From assembly GCA_943846785.1 (NCBI GenBank), contig OX044367.1, positions 4,276 through 68,275 on the forward strand: 64,000 nt of DNA. Direction: 5' to 3'. The position numbers were made by a program, and so were the translations under genes. This DNA is from an uncultured SAR86 cluster bacterium (GTDB lineage: Bacteria; Pseudomonadota; Gammaproteobacteria; Magnimaribacterales; D2472). The notes under the pieces were generated by a model that was given only the letters and a program-made list of their open reading frames with translations, made no database searches and was not told the origin of the DNA. Positions 1 through 10,303 of the stretch are shown piece by piece. The number at the start of each line of letters is the position of its first letter. Position 1 is the stretch's first letter.

Positions 1-92
1 GTCCGAACCTGAAAAACAAGAATTTAGGCATCTAGACAAGCCCAAAGTAAAAAATGTATTCTTTTTTCATAAATCAGCATCCATCAAAATAA

Positions 93-1583
93 TTAATCTG
101 CCACATATGAATCCAAAAAATGGTTTTTAATTTCATCAATCAACTCGTCGATCGAGGTCGTTATGGTTTTGCCTTGCATGTCGTAGCCGTTTTTCATAAC
201 ATTTTTGGTATATTCATCCATAGATATAATAATCACTTTTTTATCAGCATCTGACGCGTCATAAAGAGCTGTACTCGTCATACCTATAACTAATTTGCTT
301 TGCATTATAGAGTCAATACATTTTTCATTACTATCAAGGGATACTTTGGAATAAGTTAAGTCATACCTGTGGTTATCTCTTGGGTGAGCTCTAACTTTAC
401 ATCTAAGACTTGGATAGTGATTTGCTATTTTTATGATAGATTTTTGAATCACATCTTGTGCATAAGGTTGGGTAATTATGAGAATATCAATATTAGTAGA
501 GATTGCAGCCTCAAATGTTTTAAGAGGACCTTTAAAATATATCTCCTCACTCTTGTAAATTTTGGAGAGATTTGAATTTTCAGTCGAAGACATAGTAATG
601 AATTTATGATGAACTGGAAATATTGGTACCGCTAGTTGAGACAATAATCCAGCTTGGACACCAATAGAAAGCACAGAAAAGTTATCACATACCTCCCGGT
701 CAAGCCAAGCAAACCTTGAGATCATTTCGCAGCTATAAAGCTGTTCTATTTTGCTGTTCTTGATTCTCTGATTCAGAAGAAAGGAATAGTATTTATGTTC
801 AAGCAAGCAAATATTTTCAATTACTGTTGGCAAAGCTTTAAAACAAAAGTTAGTTCCATTAAATCTATATGAAATGTAACGACTTTTACCTAAACAAACA
901 GTACAGATCTTTTTTAACGCTAAAAAAATTAAGACAATAGTACTAAAAAATCTTTTTATCCTTTTCTTTCCTCTGTTGAATTTATTATTTTTTGGTACCT
1001 TAAAGTTCTCAAAAGGTAAATCTAAAAGAATCTCTCTTTGCATGTCACTTCGGTATATTGCTATTTTTCGGCCGCAACTAGATTCTAGAAACCTTGCTTG
1101 ATTCTTACCTACTATTATTGCTCCAATACTCATAGCTAAGAGCACTATACATCTCAAAGAGAATTCAAAGAGAATACGGATTTTTAAAAAGCGCTGCCAA
1201 ATTAAAATAATATCATTTACAACACACCATTGTTTTACAGCTTCGTTTATCACATAACTTTTACACGTCAATAGGGCATAACTTGATTCAATATTGTCAC
1301 CAAATACAGTCGACAATGCGACCAAGCCTCCCCCGCCAAAACAATGAACTTCAGATGGATTGAGTTCTTCTAACAATTCGAGTACTTCTAAAACACCATT
1401 TAAAACATATTTATAGCTGCTGTTAGTTATAAGTCCTAATCCTGCAAGCTTCAAGCTGAGCTTGAAATCAGCGTCTGTTAAATAATCAGAATGGTCTTTT
1501 ACCTGACCTTTAACAATAATTACTCTGTCTGCTTTTTGAGGGCGAAATCTTCGATTTCCTTTGGACAAATAATGATATCGCAA
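93..1583 (-). CDS. Uncharacterised 496-aa protein at the distal end of the polysaccharide/nonulosonic-acid operon; possible glycosyl- or nonulosonate-transferase/polymerase (function not established)
   Basis: Uninterrupted 496-codon ORF, co-directional with the neuB-type gene and 178 nt downstream of it. I cannot assign a diagnostic motif. The C-terminal third (DILIITQPYAQDV...VRAHPRDN...LVIGMTSTALYDA) resembles a Rossmann-like GT half. An out-of-frame ORF piece just upstream (approx. 1585-1660) suggests the true N-terminus may be longer. Confidence 0.4.
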   Translation of the reverse strand: MRYHYLSKGNRRFRPQKADRVIIVKGQVKDHSDYLTDADFKLSLKLAGLGLITNSSYKYVLNGVLEVLELLEELNPSEVHCFGGGGLVALSTVFGDNIESSYALLTCKSYVINEAVKQWCVVNDIILIWQRFLKIRILFEFSLRCIVLLAMSIGAIIVGKNQARFLESSCGRKIAIYRSDMQREILLDLPFENFKVPKNNKFNRGKKRIKRFFSTIVLIFLALKKICTVCLGKSRYISYRFNGTNFCFKALPTVIENICLLEHKYYSFLLNQRIKNSKIEQLYSCEMISRFAWLDREVCDNFSVLSIGVQAGLLSQLAVPIFPVHHKFITMSSTENSNLSKIYKSEEIYFKGPLKTFEAAISTNIDILIITQPYAQDVIQKSIIKIANHYPSLRCKVRAHPRDNHRYDLTYSKVSLDSNEKCIDSIMQSKLVIGMTSTALYDASDADKKVIIISMDEYTKNVMKNGYDMQGKTITTSIDELIDEIKNHFLDSYVAD

Positions 1584-1760
1584 GAATTCTTAACTCTCTG
1601 AATAGCTCCAACTGAGAAACATAAGGCAACGGAAAGACCAGCCCTCAAAACAAGACTTCCTTTTTTAACTTAATAATACTTTTCAATTGAAGGTGGAAAT
1701 TATTTGCTTAATTTATATTTGTAGAACTAATAAAACTAGTACATTCTGTTAAGAAATTAC

Positions 1761-2789
1761 TTAGCTCAGATCAAAATCATCATTCTGAAGCTGCTCATTT
1801 ATTTTAATATCCGCTAATGCTTCTTTTCCTAAAATAACCTCAAAATCTGCTGCAGGAATACCTGTGCCTGGACGCTTGACCCCTATGTTTTCTCTTGTAA
1901 AAACATCTCCCTTCTTGATCGAATCGATAGTTACAACTGAATGATAGGCCCAGTCCCTAACAACAGTTTCTTCTTTCAGAATTGTTTTTACTCCATCACC
2001 ATTAGCTTGTTCAATAGCACGTATCCCTTCAATCATCATTTTCATTTCATGCGGCTCTAAAGAGACTTCATAGTCTGGGCCCCTCATAGCCTTATTAAGA
2101 GTAAAGTGTTTTTCTATAACTTTCGCACCCTTAGCTACCGCCCCCAAAGCAGTCCATATAGTAGCCGTATGGTCTGAATGCCCAACATAAATGTCGAATT
2201 TTTTTCTTAAAGAACGTATATATTCAAGGTTAATTGCATCATATGGTGATGGGTAAATAGAAGTACAATGCGTCATCATAAAATCAACATTAAGAGCTTT
2301 TAAGAGCTCTACTGTCTTCCTAATATCCTCTTCAGTTGACATGCCTGTAGACACGATGACAGGCTTATGAGTCGCTGCTATTCGTCTAAATAGCTCTTCA
2401 TTTCTTAGCTCTCCAGAGCCTGTCTTGAAGAATTCAGCACCTAGCTCATTCAATAAATCTACTGCATCTGGGCAAAATGGAGTGCATAAATATTGGATAC
2501 CAATCTCTTTACAGTATCGAATTAACTCAATGTGATCTGCAACTGATAGGTTATTCTCTTCAAGAATGCTATCGAGCGATCCTCCCCAGAAATTTATTCT
2601 TCCCTCTAGCATTTCGCTTTCAGGAATATGGAGTTGATATTTAATTACATTTACACCACATGACATAGCTTCATCTGCCATTCGCTTTGCTACATTTAGA
2701 CTTCCTAAGTGCTCTACTGCTGCTTCAGCAATTACAATTACCGGTGAGGTTTCGCTTACCTCTAGACTACCAAGCTTTAGATTTTTCAT
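1761..2789 (-). CDS. neuB: Nonulosonic acid synthase (NeuB/LegI/PseI family; N-acetylneuraminate synthase-like)
   Basis: Intact 342 aa. NeuB-type barrel sequence (PVIVIAEAAVEHLGSL...KYQLH...HSDHT) plus a C-terminal SAF-like domain (VTIDSIKKGDVFTRENIGVKRPGTGIP). Clustered with neuC- and neuA-type genes. Confidence 0.9.
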   Translation of the reverse strand: MKNLKLGSLEVSETSPVIVIAEAAVEHLGSLNVAKRMADEAMSCGVNVIKYQLHIPESEMLEGRINFWGGSLDSILEENNLSVADHIELIRYCKEIGIQYLCTPFCPDAVDLLNELGAEFFKTGSGELRNEELFRRIAATHKPVIVSTGMSTEEDIRKTVELLKALNVDFMMTHCTSIYPSPYDAINLEYIRSLRKKFDIYVGHSDHTATIWTALGAVAKGAKVIEKHFTLNKAMRGPDYEVSLEPHEMKMMIEGIRAIEQANGDGVKTILKEETVVRDWAYHSVVTIDSIKKGDVFTRENIGVKRPGTGIPAADFEVILGKEALADIKINEQLQNDDFDLS

Positions 2790-3583
2790 AATATTTACCT
2801 CTAAGTTTTATAAATTTTTGAATAGAAGGATATATAATATCATCGGAAACATCGCCTTCTCTTTCAATTAAGTTAAAATCATGAATGCCGTGATTCTTTA
2901 AAATATCCAACAACATGTTTCTGACCACAACTGGCTTTCCTTTACCTATATTGTATAAAAATTCAGTGTGCTTAACTTCACAAAATACTCTAACACATTC
3001 TACAAACTCTTCAGTAGAAAGATAGTCACGTTGAGCAGACAAAGGACCAAATTTAAGATTAATCTCTCCATCTCTAATATATTTTAATAATTTACCAGTG
3101 ACTAATGTTTCTGGAGCAGTGATACCATGAATATTAAACAATCTCAGATATACAATATTTAACAAAAAATTATGTGTGTAGTATTTGGAAAGTAAATATT
3201 GAGTATACTTTGTAATTCCATATACACTTTTTGGGTTACAAGTCATATCCTCATCAATTGGATTATTGCTTGTTATACCATATTCGGCTGAAGAGCCAAA
3301 TAAAAATTACTTTTACATTTAATTGATGCCCTGAAACTACTCTTAAAATGTTTTGTGTAACCTGGACATTTGCCAGATAATCAACATCATAATCGTTTGA
3401 GTAACTGCCACAACAATTAATAATCACACTTATATTGTTATCTTCTATATTTCTGGCTATTGCTTCGGATGAATAGGTTTCAGCTCTAGATTTTTTTTTA
3501 TCTAAAATAAAAATATTAAAAGGAAGATTTTGCTTTAACTGAGATCCAAGAAATCCATTAACTCCTAAAATTAAAACATTCAT
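2767..3583 (-). pseudogene. NAD-dependent epimerase/dehydratase family protein, one apparent frameshift
   Basis: Pieces 3263-3583 (MNVLILGVNGFLGSQL, Rossmann GxxGxxG) and 2767-3246 (YGITKY = YxxxK). Removing one base from the A5 run at 3302-3306 gives a continuous ...NVKVILFGSSAEYGITSNNPIDEDMTCNPKSVYGITKY. Confidence 0.75.
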
Positions 3584-4734
3584 GTATTGAGATCAAAGAA
3601 TTCTTTGGATCCATGCTCCTTATAAAATGTAGAAAGTTCATTAAAAATAAGTTTCGCTGTATCCTCTTTTTCATACGGATTTATAACAGCTTGAACCTTT
3701 GACTGAAACTCATCTGACAGGGCGTACTTTAAAGCATTACTAATACTTTCTATGCTATTTTTTGAATTAATAACGTTGTCAGGACATATTCGGCCCCTTC
3801 TCTCTATCTCCAATATTTACTGTAGCAACTGGGACTGATGCAGTCTCAATAATTCCACTTGATGAATTTCCAACAACTGCACCAATATAATTTAGTGCAG
3901 ATACATACTTAACCTGACCTAATGATATTGAAGCCATACATCTATCACTATTGTGTGCGACATACTCATCAATCATTGTATTTATAACTCTTCCATCTGT
4001 ATCAGCTAAGGTTTTTGTAAAGATCGCCCTTAATGAATCATCAGCATCAATTGCATCCAGAACTTGCTTAAAATAAATAGCTGAGCTAGTTTTATCCAAA
4101 GTTGAAGGATGAAATGTTACTAAAATTGTCCTTTTATCTATTTTAAAATTAAGTTTTTTTTCCAAGAGATCTTTATTCATAATTTCAGTTTTCTTTAAAG
4201 ATTCCACATTAATAGCTCCAACATTAAAAACAGATGATGGCTGTTCTCCAAGTTGGATTACTCTATTCCTGTACTCTTCTGTGGCTGTAAAATGAAGGCT
4301 GCTTAATTTTGTAATGCAATGTCTAAAACCATCATCTATTGCTCCTGCTGTTATCTCTCCACCCTGAATATGAGCTATTGGAATTCTTAATGTCCAAGCA
4401 GCAGAACTTACTGCAAAATTTTCAAAGCGATCACCGAGAGTTACTAAAGTATCTGGTTGAAGCCTAGCCAGAGCCTCCGAAAAACTAATTAATCCTAAAC
4501 CCATAGATTTACAGATTGATACAGGTGTATCACTGCTTAATATCATTTCCACTTTCTCATCTATGTAAAATCCGTCTTCCTCAATTATTTTATAAGTACT
4601 TCCAAATTCTGGACACAGATGCATCCCTGATACTAGGATCTGCAAAGTATCTCCTTATCCGAAGCAAGTAATTTCAGAAGAGGTTTTAACAACCCATATT
4701 CAGCTCTTCCACCAGTAAATACGCAGATTTTCAT
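3580..4734 (-). pseudogene. neuC: UDP-N-acetylglucosamine 2-epimerase, hydrolysing type (NeuC/LegG-like), two apparent frameshifts
   Basis: Three pieces: 4640-4734 (MKICVFTGGRAEYGLLKPLL), 3779-4645 (...HIQGGEITAGAIDDGFRHCITKLS...) and 3580-3813. The breaks map to the A3 run at 4644-4646 and the C4 run at 3794-3797; the corrected reading is ...VNIGDREKGRICPDNVI. Confidence 0.85.
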
Positions 4735-5389
4735 ATATTTTCCTTCAATTTTATTTCCATTAAGCTAAGATCAGAATATTCATTAATATCCAAGCCCTCA
4801 TCAGCACTTATTACGATTGGATATGCCTCTGAGTCATAAATAGTATGCCTCTTTTTAAAAGCATCAATCAAAATTCCATATAGCACACTAGCTTCTTTAT
4901 ATTTAGGAACCCTACATTGCGCCGCCGAGCCTCACCTTTTATTAAAGGCAAAAACCTATCCGATTCAATATAACCAAAGATTGAATTGTCTTCCACAACC
5001 GTCATGGTTGATTGATTTTCAAACAAGCAACTAATTGTTTTTTCAATAGTTTCAATCGTTCTAAAAGGTGACGTTGGTTCAGCAAATAAGAAATGTGTGT
5101 ATTTCTGGTTTACCTGTTCTAAAACATGAAGAAGAACATCATCAGAACTTGCAGTATCAGTTGCCAATACTTCAGGCCTATGAATTACCTGAATAAGTGG
5201 GCTATATTTTTTAACAACAGATGCAATCTCATCGCAATCAGTAGAAACAATAATTGTATCTATATCATCTACCTTTAATAAAGTTTCCAATGTGTAATTA
5301 ATTAAGGGTATGCCGCATACCTTATGGATATTCTTGTGAGGAATGCCCTTTGATCCGCCCCTTGCCGGAACAACGGCACATATTTTCAT
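4731..5389 (-). pseudogene. neuA: CMP-nonulosonic acid synthetase (acylneuraminate cytidylyltransferase, NeuA/LegF-like), one apparent frameshift
   Basis: MKICAVVPARGGSKGIPHKNI cytidylyltransferase N-terminus. The frame breaks in a cggcggcg repeat near 4920-4935. The alternative frame continues ...RRQCRVPKYKEASVLYG... to a TGA that overlaps the neuC ATG (ATGA at 4731-4734). Confidence 0.85.
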
Positions 5390-5390
5390 A

Positions 5391-6400
5391 TTAGTCGACA
5401 TACACATTTTCAGCTTTTTTGAGCTCGTGCGGATGACCAATATCGATCCAAAAATCTTTTAGATGATACATCCCAATTTTTTCACCTTGGTTGATTAATT
5501 TATTTATCACGTCAGGCATGTCAAAAGGAGGAGTATTTAGTATTATTTTTTCTAGAATAGTTTTATTGATGATATAAATGCCACTATTTATTAAAAATTG
5601 ATTTCTAGGTTTTTCAACTATTGAGGTCACGCTATCACTACCGTAAACGACTCCAAATGGTACTTGCTGCTCATAATTTCTAACACAAATTGTAACATCT
5701 TTGCTACTATCGACATGGTGATCAACTAATTGAGAATAGTTCAAATTCGTTAAAATATCTCCATTTGCTACGATTAAGTTCTCGCATCCGTTCTTTATTA
5801 ATGTGAGGCACCCTCCTGTACCTAAAGGTGATGATTCATGAAGATACTGAATTTTTATTCCCAAATCAGACCCATCCCCAAAATACTCAGTAATAGATTC
5901 AGGAAGATAATGGGTTGAGATATAAAACTTTTTAATCCCATGTTTTATAAGACCCTCAATTATTCTCTCTAATATTGGTTTTTTATTCACATGGATCATA
6001 GGCTTGGGTATGTCTTGAGTAAGAGGCATCAAACGAGTTCCGAAACCACCAGCCATGATTAAAGCAGAAAAATTTTCCATCCCACTAGTCAAAGCTTTAA
6101 AAAAATAACCTTTTAAGTTTTTCCCTTTCTAATACCGGATATACCTCTCTACTGAGCAATGTTATGTCTGGCCGAAATAAAGTTGGAGCTTTGTTAGTTA
6201 TTTGTAATACAGGATCATCAATAGAATATCCCGCAAGCAATGCTCTTCTTATATCTCCCTCAGTAACAAGGACCGATCAATGTGATGCCGTCAACTATTA
6301 ATGCTGTTCGTTCCTCAGGAAAGGTATTTATTATATTAATAGCATCCCGAATAGAAGATTTAATAGTGACTGAAATTTTACTGAAATTATCGTATATCAT
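5391..6400 (-). pseudogene. CBS-domain + sugar-phosphate nucleotidyltransferase fusion (PtmE-like), two apparent frameshifts in the CBS part
   Basis: The 5391-6092 ORF carries MAGGFGTRLMPLTQDIPKPM (NTP-transferase G-loop). Upstream fragments up to the ATG at 6400 read ...LVTEGDIRRALLAGYSIDDPV... (CBS-like). One break lies at the A7 run 6099-6105, where the corrected reading joins KLKGYFFKALTSGMENFSALIMAGG. Confidence 0.7.
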
Positions 6401-6432
6401 ATTTACCAGATTTAAAGATTAAAGGATACATT

Positions 6433-7705
6433 TTAGTCAGACCAAATACCTCTTGTGTCAATTACTATTGTAGCTTTTGGCTGCCGTTTTTTAAACTCAT
6501 CATGATCAACTAATAAAACATGAATGTCGGCATCAATATCACATTCTCCATAATCTACTAGTAAATTTTCATCATATTTTTTTGGTAGTTTTGATATATT
6601 AGGTTCAATCAAGAGGATTTGGACTGGTAGACTACATATTTTATCAGCTATTTGCAGCGCTGGACTCTCTCGAAGGTCATCTATATTTGCTTTGAATGCC
6701 AAACCATAACAAGCAATTTTGACGTCAGCTGCAGATTTACTAGGGTTAGCTAATAGATAGTTAGCCACTGCCTGCTTAACTTTCCCAAAGACCCAATTAG
6801 GCTTTGCATCATTAACTCTCCTTCCCACCGTAATTAATTGCGATTCCTCAGGTGCAGCTGAAGCAATAAACCAAGGATCAACTGCTATGCAATGCCCACC
6901 AACACCAGGACCCAGGCTTTAATATATTTACTCTTGGGTGCCTGTTAGATAACTCAATGAGTTCCCACACATCAATGCCTAACTTATCACAAATAATTGA
7001 TAGCTCATTGGCGAAAGCAATACTTACATCTCGTGAGGCGTTTTCAGTTAACTTCGCCATTTCAGCTGTTCGAGCATTGGTCACCACACAATCACCTTTA
7101 ACAAAAATCTTATAAAGTTCAATTGCAGCCTTTGAGCAATTTTCGCTCATACCACCGATAATGCGATCATTCATTACAAGCTCCCTAATCACATGCCCTG
7201 GAAGTACTCGCTCAGGGCAATAAGCAACTCTAACATCAGAATCATCATTATGAGTTTGGGGGAAAGTAAGGTCAGGCCTTGCTTGCGATAACCAATCTGC
7301 CATTTGTTCTGTTGCACCAACTGGAGATGTAGATTCAAGAATTACTAGATCTCCTTTTTTTAGTACTTTAGAAATTGATTCAGCAGCAGCTTTAATAAAA
7401 GAAAGATCTGGCTCTGGTAATGAATTCTTAGTCTTGACGGGTAAAAATGGTGTTGGTACTGAAATTAGGAAGGCTTCTGCTGGTTCTGGGGTGATTGTAG
7501 CTCTTAAAAAATCTCCATAGACTGCTTCCTTGACCATTTCGCTAAGCCCAGGTTCAACAATGTGAATTTGACCTGCATTAATTGTATTTACAGCATGCTT
7601 ATTTATATCTACACCAATTACTTTCTTTTCTTTGGAGGCAAACATTGCTGCAGTTGGTAAGCCAATGTAACCAAGACCAATCACAGAAATTGTATTAAAT
7701 AACAT
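6433..7705 (-). pseudogene. wecC: UDP-N-acetyl-D-mannosamine dehydrogenase (UDP-glucose/GDP-mannose dehydrogenase family), one apparent frameshift
   Basis: MLFNTISVIGLGYIGLPTA NAD-binding N-terminus. There is a single break at the C3 run 6911-6913. The corrected reading ...[24 protein letters not shown]... restores the catalytic-Cys motif. Confidence 0.85.
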
Positions 7706-7714
7706 ATTATTCCC

Positions 7715-8832
7715 TTAAGCTAAAAACTCTAAAATGCGCCCAGAGGCCAATCCATCACCATAAGGATTGTGAGCTTTGCTCATTTTTTGATATTCGTCAG
7801 AATCTGTTAGTAAAAGACTTACCTGACTGACTATTGTCTCAACATCTGTTCCAACTAACCTTACAGTCCCAGCATCAATAGCTTCAGGACGCTCAGTTGT
7901 ATCTCGCATGACAAGAACCGGCTTACCTAGGGAAGGCGCTTCTTCTTGAATGCCACCTGAATCGGTTAATATAATTGCTGCTCTATCCATTAAATAACAA
8001 AATGGGAGATACTGCTGTGGTTCAATTAAAAATACATTATCCAAATCATTGAGCAATCGATTTACTGGTTCATGTACCTTTGGATTAAGGTGAACAGGAT
8101 ATAAAACTTGAGCCTTCAGGATGCTTTACTGCAATTTGCCGCAGAGCTTCACAAATTCTTTCAAACCCACCACCAAAGTTTTCACGACGATGGCCTGTAA
8201 CTAATATTAATTTTTTATTTGGGTCAAGAAAATTGAATGAAGAAACTATGGTTTCATAAAGAGATTTTTCTTGCTTTAACTTTTCTCTTACCCAAAATAA
8301 AGCATCAATCACCGTATTTCCAGTTACGATAATATCATCTTCTGACACACCCTCATGTAGCAAATTATTTTTGGAACCAATCGTAGGGGCTAAATGATAA
8401 TTTGTAATCACACTAGTAAGCCTTCTATTAGCTTCTTCGGGCCATGGCGAATATATATTGCCTGTTCTTAGCCCTGCCTCAACATGGCCAACTTTAATTT
8501 TCTGATAATAGGCTGCCAATGATGCAGATAATGAAGTTGCAGTGTCCCCATGCACTAACACTATATCAGGCTTAAACTCCTCCAAAACTGGCTTTAAACC
8601 ACCAAGAATAGAAATTGTTACATCATTTAGTGTTTGATCTGATGTCATGATATTAAGATCGAAGTCAGGCTTTATTTCAAATAATTCTAAAACCTGATCA
8701 AGCATCTCGCGATGTTGAGCTGTTACACAGACCTTTGCATTAAAACGACCGTCAGCTTCAAGCGAATGAACTAATGGTGCCATCTTTATTGCTTCGGGAC
8801 GAGTTCCAAATACGCTTAGTATTTTTTTTCAT
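7715..8832 (-). pseudogene. wecB: UDP-N-acetylglucosamine 2-epimerase, non-hydrolysing, apparent frameshifts
   Basis: Fragments 8085-8783 (MAPLVHSL...[11 protein letters not shown]...) and 7715-8056 (...[27 protein letters not shown]). The ATG at 8832 is followed by a T8 run (8822-8829); with 7 bases it reads [24 protein letters not shown]. Confidence 0.9.
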
Positions 8833-8901
8833 ATCAATTATTTAAAGTTTGTATTTTTATTTTAAATTAATTTTTGTTAGTTGACATCAAAGATGAGTAG
8901 C

Positions 8902-9845
8902 TTAGGCAGTCTTTTTCTTAAAAACATAGTATTTTATAAGAACTAAAGAAATACTAAACATCCCACCCAATAGTGAGCTTAAGATTAAAATTAAGAGTCT
9001 TTTAGGCTCTGACTTTTGCTCCATCATTGCTGGAGGGTCAATGTAATCAAAAACGTAAAATTGATTGGCTTCAATTAGGGTTAACTTTTTAGTTTCTTCT
9101 TGCAGAGTTGAGCTAAGACTTGTTTAATTTCAGATAAACCTAGTCATTGAAATTTGTTGATTAAGATAGCTAACAGCCTTTTCTGATTCTGATTTATCTT
9201 TTTGTCTATAAAAACTATTAACTTCATTAACAACTAACTCAGCCCATTGCTTCGCAATAAATGGTGATTGGTGTTTGATTGATAGAGTGATGAAGCCAGA
9301 TTTTTTATCTTCACTTAAGCTTAAGTGTTTTGTTTAAATACTTCAAAGCTTTCTTGAGCACTTGGTATTTGTTGTTGGGTAAGAATAATCTCTAACCCAA
9401 GTATTGCTGTTCATTTCATAAATACTCTCATCATAAATCAGTGTATTTGTTTTAGAGTTCCAAGATTTAACAGCCATAAGATCTGGCAAGTAAATATTTG
9501 TCAGTATGTTGTTTTCAAAGAAACTCAGAGAGCTAATCTTTTGTATTGCTTTTGCAGAATTACCCTCATCACCACCAGAAGGAAGATTTATCCCAGCAAG
9601 CCCTGCAAGGCCGCTATAACTTCCAAGAGCTCCAGAAATGCCGCTAGATGAATTAACAGGAACTAGTAAAGCTTTAGATTCATATATATTAGGCAAGAGA
9701 GGCTATAAATAACTCCAATAATCGATACAAAAGCTGTTAGAGAAACAATAATCCATTTTCCCTCCAATAGAACATAAAAAAGTTCTCGAAGATCTATTTC
9801 ATCATCAAAATCGTTGGGATGTTTATTGCTATGTTCTTCTTGCAT
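8902..9845 (-). pseudogene. wzz: Polysaccharide chain-length determinant (Wzz family), several apparent frameshifts
   Basis: N-terminal piece with TM1 (DLRELFYVLLEGKWIIVSLTAFVSIIGVIYS), a periplasmic piece at 9343-9696, and C-terminal pieces read by eye (...SEDKKSGFITLSIKHQSPFIAKQWAELVVNEVNSFY...KRLLILILSSLLGGMFSISLVLIKYY) with TM2. Confidence 0.7.
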
Positions 9846-9859
9846 AAAAAATTATGTAT

Positions 9860-10158
9860 TATATATGAGTTAAGTTTATCGTATTCTTGTTTCTTTTTGA
9901 TAATAAATTGCTTTGTTATAGCTGTTTTTTCTTGGATACCCTTCGGGTTAAAATATATGCATAATTTAATTTTTTGTTTGAATTATTAAAGTTATTTATT
10001 TTAATAAACCCAATATCTATCAATGCCTTAAGACAATAATTGACCTTTCCTATACTGAAGCCAGTTTTGAGATATTAGTCTTTGAGATGCTTTGCCATCT
10101 TTTTCAATAATATGCATAAGATCTAATTGGTCTTCTGTAATACTTTGGTGTTTTTCAT
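9860..10158 (-). pseudogene. Small MarR/wHTH regulator of the EPS-associated type, three apparent frameshifts; 3' end uncertain
   Basis: By-eye reconstruction from the ATG at 10158: [96 protein letters not shown]. The breaks fall at short A or C runs. It sits at the head of the polysaccharide operon. Confidence 0.5.
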
Positions 10159-10209
10159 GAGATTATAATTTATAGAGTGATTAATGTATAAAAAAATAAT
10201 TGATTAATA

Positions 10210-10220
10210 GCTACCGCACG
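10210..10220 (-). promoter_or_regulatory. ops/JUMPStart-like element (minus strand CGTGCGGTAGC)
   Basis: The minus strand reads ..TATAATC CGTGCGGTAGC TATT.. . The core TGCGGTAG matches 7 of 8 positions of the ops core GGCGGTAG. It is a GC-rich island in AT-rich spacer, downstream of the rfaH-like gene and about 50 nt upstream of the first operon gene. Confidence 0.3.
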
Positions 10221-10303
10221 GATTATAATTAAAATAATTTTTTAATTAGCACCGTTCAACATTTGAACAATTATATTATTATGTGTTTTTATAGTCAATA
10301 TTT

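Noticed and set aside
369-575. Numerous short ORFs in the track lie antisense to, or in alternative frames of, strong genes. Examples: 369-575, 11732-11920, 12369-12563, 14671-14904, 17937-18185, 20074-20337, 20146-20340, 23785-23994, 25456-25731, 25607-25792, 26671-26919, 27134-27391, 27674-27919, 27937-28194, 28302-28502, 29903-30085, 30294-30578, 30803-31051, 35884-36123, 37852-38079, 38946-39134, 39505-39726, 40351-40836, 42640-42822, 50159-50455, 51298-51510, 54192-54455, 54696-54935, 60789-60980, 60905-61126, 61644-61898, 63039-63299, 63402-63593 and 63634-63870.
   Set aside because: Each lies fully within a gene with clear family-level sequence on the other strand or frame. Their compositions are low-complexity and Ile/Leu/Phe/Ser-rich, as expected for shadow ORFs in AT-rich DNA, and none has a recognisable motif.
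8822-8829. The T8/A8 tract immediately after the wecB start codon as a phase-variation (slipped-strand) switch for the surface polysaccharide.
   Set aside because: It is tempting because the tract sits at the 5' end of a glycan gene. However, equivalent short-homopolymer indels also break rpsA, pheA, tyrA and other housekeeping genes in the same block, so a general error process explains it better. The tract is also short for a contingency locus.
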